Positions 8,622 to 17,260 of a stretch of 20,815 nt of DNA are shown here, in pieces (the stretch's first letter is position 1; every line of letters begins with the position of its first letter). Below the pieces are notes generated by a model. That model was given only the letters and a program-made list of their open reading frames with translations. It was not told the origin of the DNA and did no database searches. Both the position numbers and the translations under genes were made by a program. The stretch comes from Bdellovibrionales bacterium RIFOXYD12_FULL_39_22 (GTDB lineage Bacteria; Bdellovibrionota; Bacteriovoracia; Bacteriovoracales; Bacteriovoracaceae): positions 124,001-144,815 of the forward strand of contig MEQL01000047.1 in the NCBI GenBank assembly GCA_001770205.1. The letters are read 5' to 3'.

Positions 8622-11600
8622 TTATGGGAGCTTTTCAACATACCAATCATAGCTCCATCCATCAAAGCGTTGTCCGCCGGCATAGATAATATCATTAATT
8701 GGATCATGGGTAAGACTTGTTGCTTCAGAAAATCTATATGGTAAACTACTTTGGACGTCATAGTCTCGAATAGTGCTCCAATATTGTCCATTCCACTTTC
8801 TGACTACCCAATGGGTTAAATCCGATGCATTTATGCCAACCCCTGCCACATAGATGTTTCCTGAATTATCTTGAGTTATGGCGTTTGCTGTAGAATTCTT
8901 TGTTTGGATTAATTGGTAGTCATCAACGGTTGCCCAGGTTGATCCATCCCATTTTCTTGTAATCCAATGGTTGTAGTTGGATAAGTCAGTTGCATATCCA
9001 ACTGCGTATATATTATTTACTCCCATCACAAGAAGTGCATGTGGTATTGATGATTTTGTTGTTTCAAGTTGATAATCGTCAACATTTGTCCATATTGAAC
9101 CATCCCACTTCTGAACTATCCAATGGAAATAATTTGAAGCATCCCTTGCATATCCGGCAGCATACAGGTTTCCAGACCCATCAAATGCTAGTGCCGTTGC
9201 ATAGGCAGGTTTTGTGGCCACAGTTTGATAGTCTTGTATTGTGCTCCATACCGACCCATTCCATTTCCTAACGATCCAATGGATGTAACCTGATGAGTCA
9301 GATCCATTTCCTCCAACATAGATGTTTCCGGATCCATCTTGGACAATACTATCTGGGATGGATGTTTTAGTCGCTACAAGCTGATAGTTGTCAACAGTTG
9401 CCCAGGCCGAACCGTCCCATTTTCTCACTATCCAGTGGTAATAGTTAGAGGCATCTCTGGCTGAGCCCGCCACGTATACATTCCCAGATCCACCGTAAGT
9501 TACCGCCCTTGCCCTAGCTTCTTTAGTTGCGGCAAGTTGATAGCTATCAATGGTAGTCCAGGATGAACCATCCCATTTTCTTGTAGTCCAATAATCATAA
9601 CTATAATAATCCTTCAAGTATCCTGAGGCATAAATATTTTCAGATTCATCCTGTACTAGGGCGCTAACTGTAGCAAATTTATGTCCGGCCCCCTGATAGT
9701 TATCAATAATAGTCCAAATTGCTCCATCCCACTCCTTTACGATCCAGGTCTGGCCAACTGTTTGCTCAGCTGCGCCAGCGGAATATAGTTTACCACTGGT
9801 ATCGGCGAAGACGGAATATCCAAATGCGCTGGTATCAATAGTTTGCTGATAGTCATCAATGGTGCTCCAGGAAAGGCCATTCCATTTTCTGGTAATCCAA
9901 TGTTGATAGTTTGAAGCATCAATTGCACAACCAGTGGTGTATATGTTGCCATCAAGATCACGAGTGATAGAATTTCCATATGCTAATTTTGTTGCTACCA
10001 GTTGATAGTCATCAATGGTTGTCCATGTTGATCCGTCCCACTTCCTTGTAATTAGGTGAGTAATACCCGTTCCGTCAATAGCACCACCCGTTACATAAAT
10101 ATCTGTTTCCCCATCTTGGGCCAGAGCACCTCCCGAGGCAGCTTTTGTTGCGGCAAGTTGGTAGTCGTCAACGGTGGTCCATGTTGTTCCATTCCACTTT
10201 CTGGTAATCCAGTGTAGATAATTTGATCCATCTCTGGCACCTCCTGATACATAAACATTTCCCGATTGATCAACGATGAGTGCGTTGCCGAAAGCATCTT
10301 TTGTTGCAACGTACTGGTAATCATCAATAATGGTCCATGATGACCCGTCCCATTTTTTCACTATTAAGTGAGAATAGTATGATGAGTCCGTTGCATATCC
10401 GGTAGCGAAAATATTCCCAGATCCATCACTTGCAACATTCGTTGCATAGGCAGGTCGATCCGTTGCCAATTGGTAATTGTCCAACGTCACCCATGATGAT
10501 CCATCCCACTTCCTTATAATCCAGCGAGGGAACATTGGGTCTGTTGCATTTCCCGCCACATAGATATAGTTGTCACTATCGACCGTAATTGATTCAGCGT
10601 GGGCGATAGAAAGACCGTTGTATGTATAGTCATCAATAGTCTCCCACAATACACCATTCCATTTTCTAACAAGCCAATGCGGAAAACCGATGCCGTCATT
10701 ACCATCTCCGGCAACGTAAATATTTCCAAGACTGTCCTTCGTTATTGCCCTGGCATTAAAATCGAGTCCAATATCAATTCCCGTACTATCTGATTCTATA
10801 AACTCTTTGGTAGTAATGGATATACTGTCAAAATATCCTTCACCGTCGGTGGCGCGTATCGTGGCAATATTGGCAGCAAGTGGAGCAATGTAGTCTCCTG
10901 AGGCTGAATCAATTGAGCCAGCGCCACTGGTGATTGACCAAGTATAGGCGGGAAAACCGTTCGTAGCGCTGAATTGATATTTCTCACTGGTTGCGAGTGT
11001 TTTTGAAGAGGTTGTTGCTGCGATCACAAATGCTATATTTATTGTGGCAGAGGCCTGCGTTCCTATGTCATCGGTTGCATACACTACAACGCTGCCGGCA
11101 TCGTTGGGTGCTGTATATTCTCCGGTAGTAGAATTGATGGTCCCGGTTGCGCTCGATAGTGCATAAATTATCGGAGAATACCCTCCTGTCACTGAAAAAG
11201 TTTGAGAATCAAGTGGCAATAAGTTGGCAGAAGATGGAGTAAGTGATAGCTCCTCTGCATGTGTTAGCCAGCTAGTGGTGGAGACAGTCGATAGGTTTCC
11301 AAGAAGGTCTACCCCCCTTAGATTAAAGTAGTAGGTTGTTTCTGGAGTCAAACTAAGGGCAGTCGCAGTTACTGATGTCGATATTCCGGCAGTGGACCAG
11401 TCAATTACGGACGTTCCTCCACTGGAAGTTCCAATGGAGTATTCATAGTGATCAAAACCAACTCCTGCGTCAATTGCCCCCCCCGACCAGCTAATTATTG
11501 GTGACTGGTGGACTCTATTAAATGTGGAAGATTCAGGGGATAGAATATCAATTGGAGTAGGTCCATTGCTGTCGTGCTGGAAGGAGGCAATATTTTGGCA

Positions 11601-12017
11601 GACAGATGGATTCCCAAGCACGTCATATGCTCGCACATATATTTGAGAGGTTGTATTTGCGGTGAGGGTTATGGTTATTCCATCGCTCTCCCATTCATCC
11701 TTAGTTCCGCGGCCTACCTCGTTGGTTGAACAGGCCGAAGAGGTAAAAAGTTTAATGGTAAGCGTGTCGGCAGTTGCCAGTCCATCGAGAGTAGGAGTTG
11801 TTGAGGTTTTTGATGGGCTGACAGGTGAGATGTTCAACAGAGTCGGTGGAGAAGCCGGCCCGATTGGAAGGGATGGTGTCGGCGAGCTGATAGAGATGTC
11901 TGTAATTACCTTTTTTGAATGAGAGGTTATTCCTGCCCTGCCACAACCTGCGGAGATGATCAAAATGGTCACGCTAAAGATTATGGGCAGGAAAGTTTTT
12001 TTAGTCAGGCCGATCAT
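8622..12017 (-). CDS. Large surface lipoprotein/adhesin: Ig-like + FN3-like + two Ig-like domains, then 14 beta-propeller blades
   Basis: MIGLTKK-hydrophobic-ISAGC lipobox (start uncertain: 12017, 12026 or 12035). FN3-like domain ..LTPETTYYFNLRGVDLLGN. Two 'F.xTGG/NG..G.I...G.Y.AP' Ig-like units. About 14 repeats of ~52 aa. Confidence 0.8.
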   Translation of the reverse strand: MIGLTKKTFLPIIFSVTILIISAGCGRAGITSHSKKVITDISISSPTPSLPIGPASPPTLLNISPVSPSKTSTTPTLDGLATADTLTIKLFTSSACSTNEVGRGTKDEWESDGITITLTANTTSQIYVRAYDVLGNPSVCQNIASFQHDSNGPTPIDILSPESSTFNRVHQSPIISWSGGAIDAGVGFDHYEYSIGTSSGGTSVIDWSTAGISTSVTATALSLTPETTYYFNLRGVDLLGNLSTVSTTSWLTHAEELSLTPSSANLLPLDSQTFSVTGGYSPIIYALSSATGTINSTTGEYTAPNDAGSVVVYATDDIGTQASATINIAFVIAATTSSKTLATSEKYQFSATNGFPAYTWSITSGAGSIDSASGDYIAPLAANIATIRATDGEGYFDSISITTKEFIESDSTGIDIGLDFNARAITKDSLGNIYVAGDGNDGIGFPHWLVRKWNGVLWETIDDYTYNGLSIAHAESITVDSDNYIYVAGNATDPMFPRWIIRKWDGSSWVTLDNYQLATDRPAYATNVASDGSGNIFATGYATDSSYYSHLIVKKWDGSSWTIIDDYQYVATKDAFGNALIVDQSGNVYVSGGARDGSNYLHWITRKWNGTTWTTVDDYQLAATKAASGGALAQDGETDIYVTGGAIDGTGITHLITRKWDGSTWTTIDDYQLVATKLAYGNSITRDLDGNIYTTGCAIDASNYQHWITRKWNGLSWSTIDDYQQTIDTSAFGYSVFADTSGKLYSAGAAEQTVGQTWIVKEWDGAIWTIIDNYQGAGHKFATVSALVQDESENIYASGYLKDYYSYDYWTTRKWDGSSWTTIDSYQLAATKEARARAVTYGGSGNVYVAGSARDASNYYHWIVRKWDGSAWATVDNYQLVATKTSIPDSIVQDGSGNIYVGGNGSDSSGYIHWIVRKWNGSVWSTIQDYQTVATKPAYATALAFDGSGNLYAAGYARDASNYFHWIVQKWDGSIWTNVDDYQLETTKSSIPHALLVMGVNNIYAVGYATDLSNYNHWITRKWDGSTWATVDDYQLIQTKNSTANAITQDNSGNIYVAGVGINASDLTHWVVRKWNGQYWSTIRDYDVQSSLPYRFSEATSLTHDPINDIIYAGGQRFDGWSYDWYVEKLP
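8625..10773 (-). repeat. 14 tandem ~156-nt coding repeats (propeller blades)
   Basis: Consensus A.A...D.SGNIYVAG.A.D.SNY.HWI.RKWDGS.W.T.DDYQL; 13 full copies plus one terminal copy, counted by hand. Confidence 0.9.
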
Positions 12018-12172
12018 ATTGAACATATTATACATCGTTAATATGTTAGAAAGTAACATTTTATTGAGAAGCAATATTGACCAAGTGGGTTTGCGATATT
12101 AAACACTTGGATTGGAGATTTTTTTATCTTTGCATTTTAGGAAAAAATTGATGACACCATCTGTGGGGGAGG

Positions 12173-12189
12173 GGCAGTTTTTCTGCCAA
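12173..12189 (-). promoter_or_regulatory. Possible sigma54 -24/-12 promoter or palindromic site between the divergent genes
   Basis: Minus strand TTGGCAGAAAAACTGCC gives GG-N10-GC. The core GGCAG-N5-CTGCC is palindromic. Confidence 0.35.
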
Positions 12190-12300
12190 TTATTTGTGGC
12201 AGCATCGAAATTTTTATCATCCTGAAAATGCGTTGATATCTCGCTGTTTCGATATTAGCATCACTATAGGTTGCTGGTTGAGATTTTTTAGAGGTTTTAT

Positions 12301-13347
12301 TTGACAAGAGTTAATTTTTTTTTGGGATTTTTTGGGTTATTGTTTTTATTTTGTGGTCACTCTTATGGCGCAAAATTTTTTAAAATAGAATATACGGCCA
12401 CAACGGAAGATGAAAGTCTTGAGGCAATTGTTAATCAGTTTACTTCCGAAAAAAATAGCGAATTTAAAAATAGAATCATTCTTGATACAATAGAAAGGAA
12501 CGGCAATATCTCTGATTGGAAGAAAATACCCATCAACTCAACACTTATGATTTTTATCTCAGAAGAGATGATGGCAAACAGGCAATTGAAAGATTTTATT
12601 GCACAGGAAGAAAAAAAGAGAAAAAAACAGGAAAGGCTGAATAGGAAGAAGTTGGAATTGTTAAAAAATAATTTTTTAACGTTGGATCGCAAGGTTTTTC
12701 GACAACAACTATTTAGCGGATATTTTTTTAGAAAGATAAGAGATGTTAGCGGAATCTATACCGTAAATTCAAATTTTGTTCCTGTTATAAATCTAGGCTA
12801 TGAGGCAGGATATTTACATAAATTAAATAGATGGAAAGTTGATAGTTTATTTTACCACATAATTGTTAATTTTCGAGAATCCGGCAGCAACAGTGGTCTA
12901 GCAATCCCGTTGGCATATTCCTTGAGATTGGAGGCTGTCTATCAAGATATTTGTTGCGGATTATCGCCCTATTTCCCATTAGAGTATGCTGTTTTTCCAG
13001 ATATCTTTGAAGACGATAATGGTTTCGCTGTAAGAGTAACCAAGAATCTTTCATCTGGAATTGGAATGTTGTATCAATACTATTTCAGATCAATGAAAGT
13101 TGCAGTTTCGGTTGATTATTTGGCAGATATCTCTTCATCTTCAAGAGCAGGAGATGCAGAGATTGAAGGCGGGCTTCTTGGAAGTCAGTTTTCCTTAAAG
13201 ATTAAATTTTTTTATGCACGTAATATTAGTTTCGTTGATTCATGGTTTGCGGAGGGTATCTATACCGAAACCTCTCACTCCAACAAATTGAATGACATTG
13301 AAGTTTTAGGCAGCAGCTACTCAACTAATTTGGGATTAACCTTTTAA
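12301..13347 (+). CDS. Exported protein: LysM-like N-terminal domain, charged linker, putative outer-membrane beta-barrel
   Basis: Signal peptide. DESLEAIVNQF..NGNISDWKKIPINSTLMIFI resembles a degenerate LysM. K/E-rich helix, then alternating amphipathic strands ending YSTNLGLTF (C-terminal Phe beta-signal). TTG start with AGAGG RBS. Confidence 0.6.
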   Translation: MTRVNFFLGFFGLLFLFCGHSYGAKFFKIEYTATTEDESLEAIVNQFTSEKNSEFKNRIILDTIERNGNISDWKKIPINSTLMIFISEEMMANRQLKDFIAQEEKKRKKQERLNRKKLELLKNNFLTLDRKVFRQQLFSGYFFRKIRDVSGIYTVNSNFVPVINLGYEAGYLHKLNRWKVDSLFYHIIVNFRESGSNSGLAIPLAYSLRLEAVYQDICCGLSPYFPLEYAVFPDIFEDDNGFAVRVTKNLSSGIGMLYQYYFRSMKVAVSVDYLADISSSSRAGDAEIEGGLLGSQFSLKIKFFYARNISFVDSWFAEGIYTETSHSNKLNDIEVLGSSYSTNLGLTF

Positions 13348-13762
13348 AAGGGCTCTGTTTAAGAAGGCCGAGATACTGACATATTGCTTACTGCGAGCAT
13401 CTTCTAAAACTTCCACTCGATATTCCTTAACCTGATAAGAAAGATTAATATCAAAAACAATCGACCAACATCTATTTAGGGCCTATTCTGAAAAAATATT
13501 TCTTCGAGCTCTACTTTTACTTTTCCAGGACAAGTAGCTTTCTCAAATAATACCAATTATGTAAAATAAAAGTGGGTCGAATCAATTAAGTTTGCTAAGT
13601 TTTCAGAATGAAAATTTAAAAGACTTAGGAAAAAAAATTCAAGATTATGACTTTAAAGCAGAATACAAGCGAGAAGAAAATAAAATATTTATCCTGGCCA
13701 ATTGCTGCTTTGCTGCCTAATAAGTTGACAGACGACAGTCTAATTGCTGCATGTTGCAGTTC

Positions 13763-15655
13763 TCAGAAAAGGTATAACGTACCTGTACTGCCTGTACTGG
13801 AGTATTCAGGAACAATTTTCATTAATTTTTCACGTATTTCATTGAAAGTTAAATTTTGATTTTCATCTTGAGAAGCGTTGATTAGCTTGATAACTAGATC
13901 TATGGTGGACTGTTCAACATTTCGGGCCTTGGCCATGCGAACCATTGGATGACTGGTTGGAAGATTTCCTTCGGTTTCAAAGAGAACTTCTTCGTAGAGT
14001 TTTTCTCCTGGCCGCAACCCCGTAAATTCAATCTTAATATCTTTACCCTCTTCAAGGCCATTAAGAGAGATGAGTTGGCGCGCAAGGTCTAATATTTTTA
14101 TAGGACTTCCCATATCCAAGACAAAAAGTTCTCCGCCTCTACCAATAGCACCCGCCTGCAGAATCAATTGAGAGGCCTCTGGAATAGACATGAAGAAGCG
14201 ATTAATTTCAGGATGCGTGATCGTAACGGGGCCACCTTTTTGAATTTGCTTTTGAAAAAGTGGAATCACACTGCCGCTGCTGCCCATAACGTTACCAAAG
14301 CGTACTGTCATGAATTTGGTAAAAGTTGATTGTGCTTGATTATATTGACATATAATTTCAGCGGCCCGCTTCGTCGCTCCCATAATGTTAGTAGGATTTA
14401 CGGCCTTGTCAGTGGAAACCATTACAAAACGACTGACTTTATATTTAATAGCTGCTTCAACTAAAATCTTAGTTCCTTTTATATTAGTGATGACGGCCTG
14501 AATTGGATTTCGCTCCATTATAGGAACATGTTTATAGGCGGCCGCATGCAAAACAACTTGTGGTGATTTTTGTAAGAAGAGCTGGCCAACTAGTATTTCA
14601 TCACGCACATCGCCAATAATCGGGGTGAGATTGAGATTGGGAAACTTCTCCAATAAATTTTGCTCAAGTGAGTAGAGATTAAATTCTGAAATTTCAAAAA
14701 CAACTAATTCCTTGGGGCCAAATTTGGCAATCTGATTGCAAAGCTCTGAACCAATAGATCCTCCTGCACCCGTTACTAAAATAACTTTATCGCGAATCAT
14801 TGTTTCGATAGAAGTCGAATCAAGATTGATACTTTTTCTTCCCACCAAATCTTCCAGGTCCACACTCTTAAAAGAAGTAACATCAATCTTGCCAGATAGC
14901 ATATCAGATACCCTGGGAAGAATTTTTATTGGAGCATGGACTTCTCGACAAAGATTGATGATGGCCCGCAAACGCTCACTAGCGATATTAGGAATTGCTA
15001 CGAAAATTTTATGGACTCCATATTTTTCACAGACCGTGGGGATTTTTTCAATATCTCCGGCCACTGGCACTTGATGAATCTGTTTGTTGTGTAAGTTAGA
15101 ATCATCATCAACAAATGCCACTACCCGAAGATTAAGCTGTGGATTACTACGAATATTGCGTAAAAATTGCTCGCCGGCCACTCCGGCCCCAACAATCAAA
15201 ATATTGCGCATTTCCGTATTGTTTTTTTTTATAACGTTATAGTCTCGAAATATTCGATACGCAAAGCGGCCGCCACCGAGCAAAATTACCAGCAACAACC
15301 AGTCAATAACCAAAACAGATCGCGGAATATTTTCTAATCTGGTTAAGAAAAATAAAATGGCAAATGATCCCAGTGTTGCCAACATACTTCCTCTAATTAC
15401 ACGCAACAGATCGTTGGTACTGGAATAGCGCCAAAGGCCCTTATAAAAAGAGTTTTGCAAAAAGATAATGGACTGAATAGTGGCCATTATGGCCGAAAGC
15501 TCTAAAAGTCTAGCTGCTGACATGGTGGGAATGTTAAAACTGCTATAGCGTAGGCCCATTGCCAAATAAAAAGCTAGACCGGCCATGAAGAGATCGTAGA
15601 CAATTGCAACTGTCGTTTTTTGCCAATCCCTTAGGTTATCGAGGTATTTAATCAT
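13763..15655 (-). CDS. Membrane-bound nucleoside-diphosphate sugar 4,6-dehydratase (CapD/PglF/WbpM family)
   Basis: About four TM helices, IVGAGVAG, VTGAGGSIGSEL, HAAAYKHVP, STDKAVNPTNIMGATKR, VRFGNVMGSSGSVIPLF, GLRPGEKLYEE. Confidence 0.95.
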   Translation of the reverse strand: MIKYLDNLRDWQKTTVAIVYDLFMAGLAFYLAMGLRYSSFNIPTMSAARLLELSAIMATIQSIIFLQNSFYKGLWRYSSTNDLLRVIRGSMLATLGSFAILFFLTRLENIPRSVLVIDWLLLVILLGGGRFAYRIFRDYNVIKKNNTEMRNILIVGAGVAGEQFLRNIRSNPQLNLRVVAFVDDDSNLHNKQIHQVPVAGDIEKIPTVCEKYGVHKIFVAIPNIASERLRAIINLCREVHAPIKILPRVSDMLSGKIDVTSFKSVDLEDLVGRKSINLDSTSIETMIRDKVILVTGAGGSIGSELCNQIAKFGPKELVVFEISEFNLYSLEQNLLEKFPNLNLTPIIGDVRDEILVGQLFLQKSPQVVLHAAAYKHVPIMERNPIQAVITNIKGTKILVEAAIKYKVSRFVMVSTDKAVNPTNIMGATKRAAEIICQYNQAQSTFTKFMTVRFGNVMGSSGSVIPLFQKQIQKGGPVTITHPEINRFFMSIPEASQLILQAGAIGRGGELFVLDMGSPIKILDLARQLISLNGLEEGKDIKIEFTGLRPGEKLYEEVLFETEGNLPTSHPMVRMAKARNVEQSTIDLVIKLINASQDENQNLTFNEIREKLMKIVPEYSSTGSTGTLYLF

Positions 15656-15682
15656 AGGCCTGTGGTCAAGAACTCAAGAAGT

Positions 15683-15769
15683 TGGTGCCTGAGGGGAGAC
15701 TTGAACTCCCACGGTATCAAATACCGGTGGATTTTGAATCCACTGCGTCTGCCATTTCGCCACCCAGGC
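15683..15769 (-). tRNA. tRNA-Leu(CAA), 87 nt, encoded CCA
   Basis: GCCTGGG/CTCAGGC acceptor stem plus ACCA; D-arm TGGCGAAATGGCAGACGC; anticodon arm GTGGA-TTCAAAA-TCCAC; long variable arm CGGTATTTGATACCG; T-arm GGGAG-TTCAAGT-CTCCC. Confidence 0.97.
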
Positions 15770-15787
15770 ATGTGAAAATATTGAGAG

Positions 15788-15816
15788 ATATTAGGAGAGT
15801 GGAGCGAAACTGTCAA
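15788..15816 (-). promoter_or_regulatory. Sigma70 promoter for tRNA-Leu
   Basis: TTGACA-N17-TAATAT ending 18 nt upstream of the tRNA 5' end. Confidence 0.7.
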
Positions 15817-15856
15817 TAATTTACTGGTAAAATGTTCTGGTCGGTCTAAATTTTCC

Positions 15857-15885
15857 TTGAAGAAAAAATAGCTTCAACACATAAT
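15857..15885 (+). promoter_or_regulatory. Putative sigma70 promoter with an overlapping inverted repeat
   Basis: TTGAAG-N17-CATAAT; TTGAAG-N9-CTTCAA palindrome at 15857-15877. Confidence 0.45.
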
Positions 15886-15916
15886 GATGAGGTAATTATT
15901 ATGCCGAGGGGGTTTT

Positions 15917-16219
15917 ATGCAAAATTCTTCACAATGGAAAAACAAAGTAAACGAAATTTTCCACGTCTGCACTGAGGAATTCAAGCGGACCACGACAATT
16001 GGCAAAAAAATGTTTTATGCTTCTCAAACCAATTCATGCCTAAAAGAAGCCTATGAAGAACTAGGTCTTTTAGTGGCAGAGGCCATGGATAAAAAAGAGT
16101 TGCAGTGGGAAAATAACAAGGCCAAACGCTTAGTGGATACAATCAAGCAGTGTGAGCGCGATTTATGCGAAATTGATAAAGAAGTTACCAAAGCACGATT
16201 TGCGGAGCGAAAAAAATAG
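15917..16219 (+). CDS. Small helical/coiled-coil hypothetical protein
   Basis: 100 aa, GAGGGG RBS, promoter-like sequence upstream, amphipathic helical pattern. Confidence 0.75.
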   Translation: MQNSSQWKNKVNEIFHVCTEEFKRTTTIGKKMFYASQTNSCLKEAYEELGLLVAEAMDKKELQWENNKAKRLVDTIKQCERDLCEIDKEVTKARFAERKK

Positions 16220-16291
16220 GGAGCAGGCAGGAACAGGTACGTCATACCTTTTCCAAGCACTGCAGAATCAGTTTTTTATTTTTACAAGCAG

Positions 16292-16340
16292 GCGCAAACC
16301 AACTTACGCAAGGCCATTGGCCTTGCGCTATTTAATAGTT
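16292..16340 (+). repeat. Hairpin-containing dispersed repeat, copy A
   Basis: GCGCAAACCAACTTACGCAAGGCCATTGGCCTTGCGCTATTTAATAGTT; perfect inverted repeat CGCAAGGCCA-T-TGGCCTTGCG at 16307-16327. Confidence 0.85.
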
Positions 16341-16343
16341 CTT

Positions 16344-17024
16344 TTACTCTTTACACAGACCAACTACCTTCTCAATTTCCCAAGAATCATTGCAGCCATA
16401 TTCCCCAAGCTTCTCACAAACTGAAGCAATACAACTCCCTGACACCCCATCTTTACAAAGTGCGCCAACTTTTTCAATCTCCCATTCATCATTGCAACTA
16501 TATTGGCCAAGTTTTTCACAGACTACATTTATGCAATGTCCATCAAGATTGTTTTCTTTACAGATACCAACAACTTTTTCAATCTCCCATGAATCATTAC
16601 AACCATATTCACCGCGGAATTTACAAATTGTTTTAACACAATCACCATCTACCCGCCCCTTACACAGATCTATTACCTTTTCAATTTCCCAAGAATCATT
16701 ACACCCATATATGCCAACGGCATCACACACCGCAGTTACACAGGAGTTATCATCGTGATTCTCCCCATGACAATCACGGCCCGATTTCATTATCGTCGAA
16801 AACTGCATCGGCCCTTGCGTCAGTAAACTTGATTTTTTTTCTGCAACTAGCGCCATTGTTGATTTAATTTTACTCATTTTAAACTGCTCAAAGGCACGCT
16901 CGAGTTTTTCATCAAATAATTTGACATCTACCTTGCGTAATTTTGTTTTTTCTACATTTGCACTTGAAAGTGAAAATGAAAGTGTACATAATCCCAGAAG
17001 TGTTAGTGCAACCAATTTGTTCAT
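16344..17024 (-). CDS. Secreted Cys-rich protein with four ~34-aa repeats
   Basis: Start revised to ATG 17024 (MNKLVALTLL, AGGGGGAG RBS, signal peptide). Four copies of C-x4-C-x7-CND[SE]WEIEKV-x3-CK. Confidence 0.8.
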   Translation of the reverse strand: MNKLVALTLLGLCTLSFSLSSANVEKTKLRKVDVKLFDEKLERAFEQFKMSKIKSTMALVAEKKSSLLTQGPMQFSTIMKSGRDCHGENHDDNSCVTAVCDAVGIYGCNDSWEIEKVIDLCKGRVDGDCVKTICKFRGEYGCNDSWEIEKVVGICKENNLDGHCINVVCEKLGQYSCNDEWEIEKVGALCKDGVSGSCIASVCEKLGEYGCNDSWEIEKVVGLCKE

Positions 17025-17068
17025 AAATCTCCCCCTATAAAAAATTAATATGCTCCCCGCGTAAAAAC

Positions 17069-17084
17069 TGCAAAGCATATGCCT
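17069..17084 (-). promoter_or_regulatory. Sigma54 -24/-12 promoter for the Cys-rich gene
   Basis: AGGCATATGCTTTGCA gives GG-N10-GC with a TTGCA -12 box, about 45 nt upstream of the ATG. Confidence 0.6.
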
Positions 17085-17260
17085 GTAAAACCAAGGCCAA
17101 AAGTGCATTTGACATATCGCAAGGTGCGGAATGTGTCCCCTAAGTGGCACCAATTGTCGTATGATCTGTTGCTATATAGCGGCAATTTCCTTCTTCGCGT
17201 GGCCTGTTGTATGCGTATACAGGTAAATTCCTTATGAGATTTTTCCACAGGAATATTAGT

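Noticed and set aside
13348..13762. Functional small genes in the gap, including 13647..13859
   Set aside because: The frames are short, lack a clear RBS or start and match no family I recognise; at most decayed remnants.
13782..13799. 9-bp tandem repeat CCTGTACTG at the end of the capD-like gene as a transposon scar
   Set aside because: In-frame, in a variable tail, with no other mobile-element evidence.
15683..15710. Island integrated at the tRNA-Leu 3' end
   Set aside because: No convincing duplicate of the tRNA 3' end. The best match seen, CCTGAGGGGA near 6152, is 10 bp and lies inside a gene.
16238..16291. Extension of the repeat homology leftward (TACGTCA..TCCAAG also at about 18636-18652)
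   Set aside because: Only short gapped matches, and the copy-B side is explained by the NUDIX remnant. It may be chance.
8622..17024. Diversity-generating retroelement or CRISPR behind the repeats
   Set aside because: The repeats are in-frame coding units. There is no reverse transcriptase, no TR/VR pair and no repeat-spacer array.
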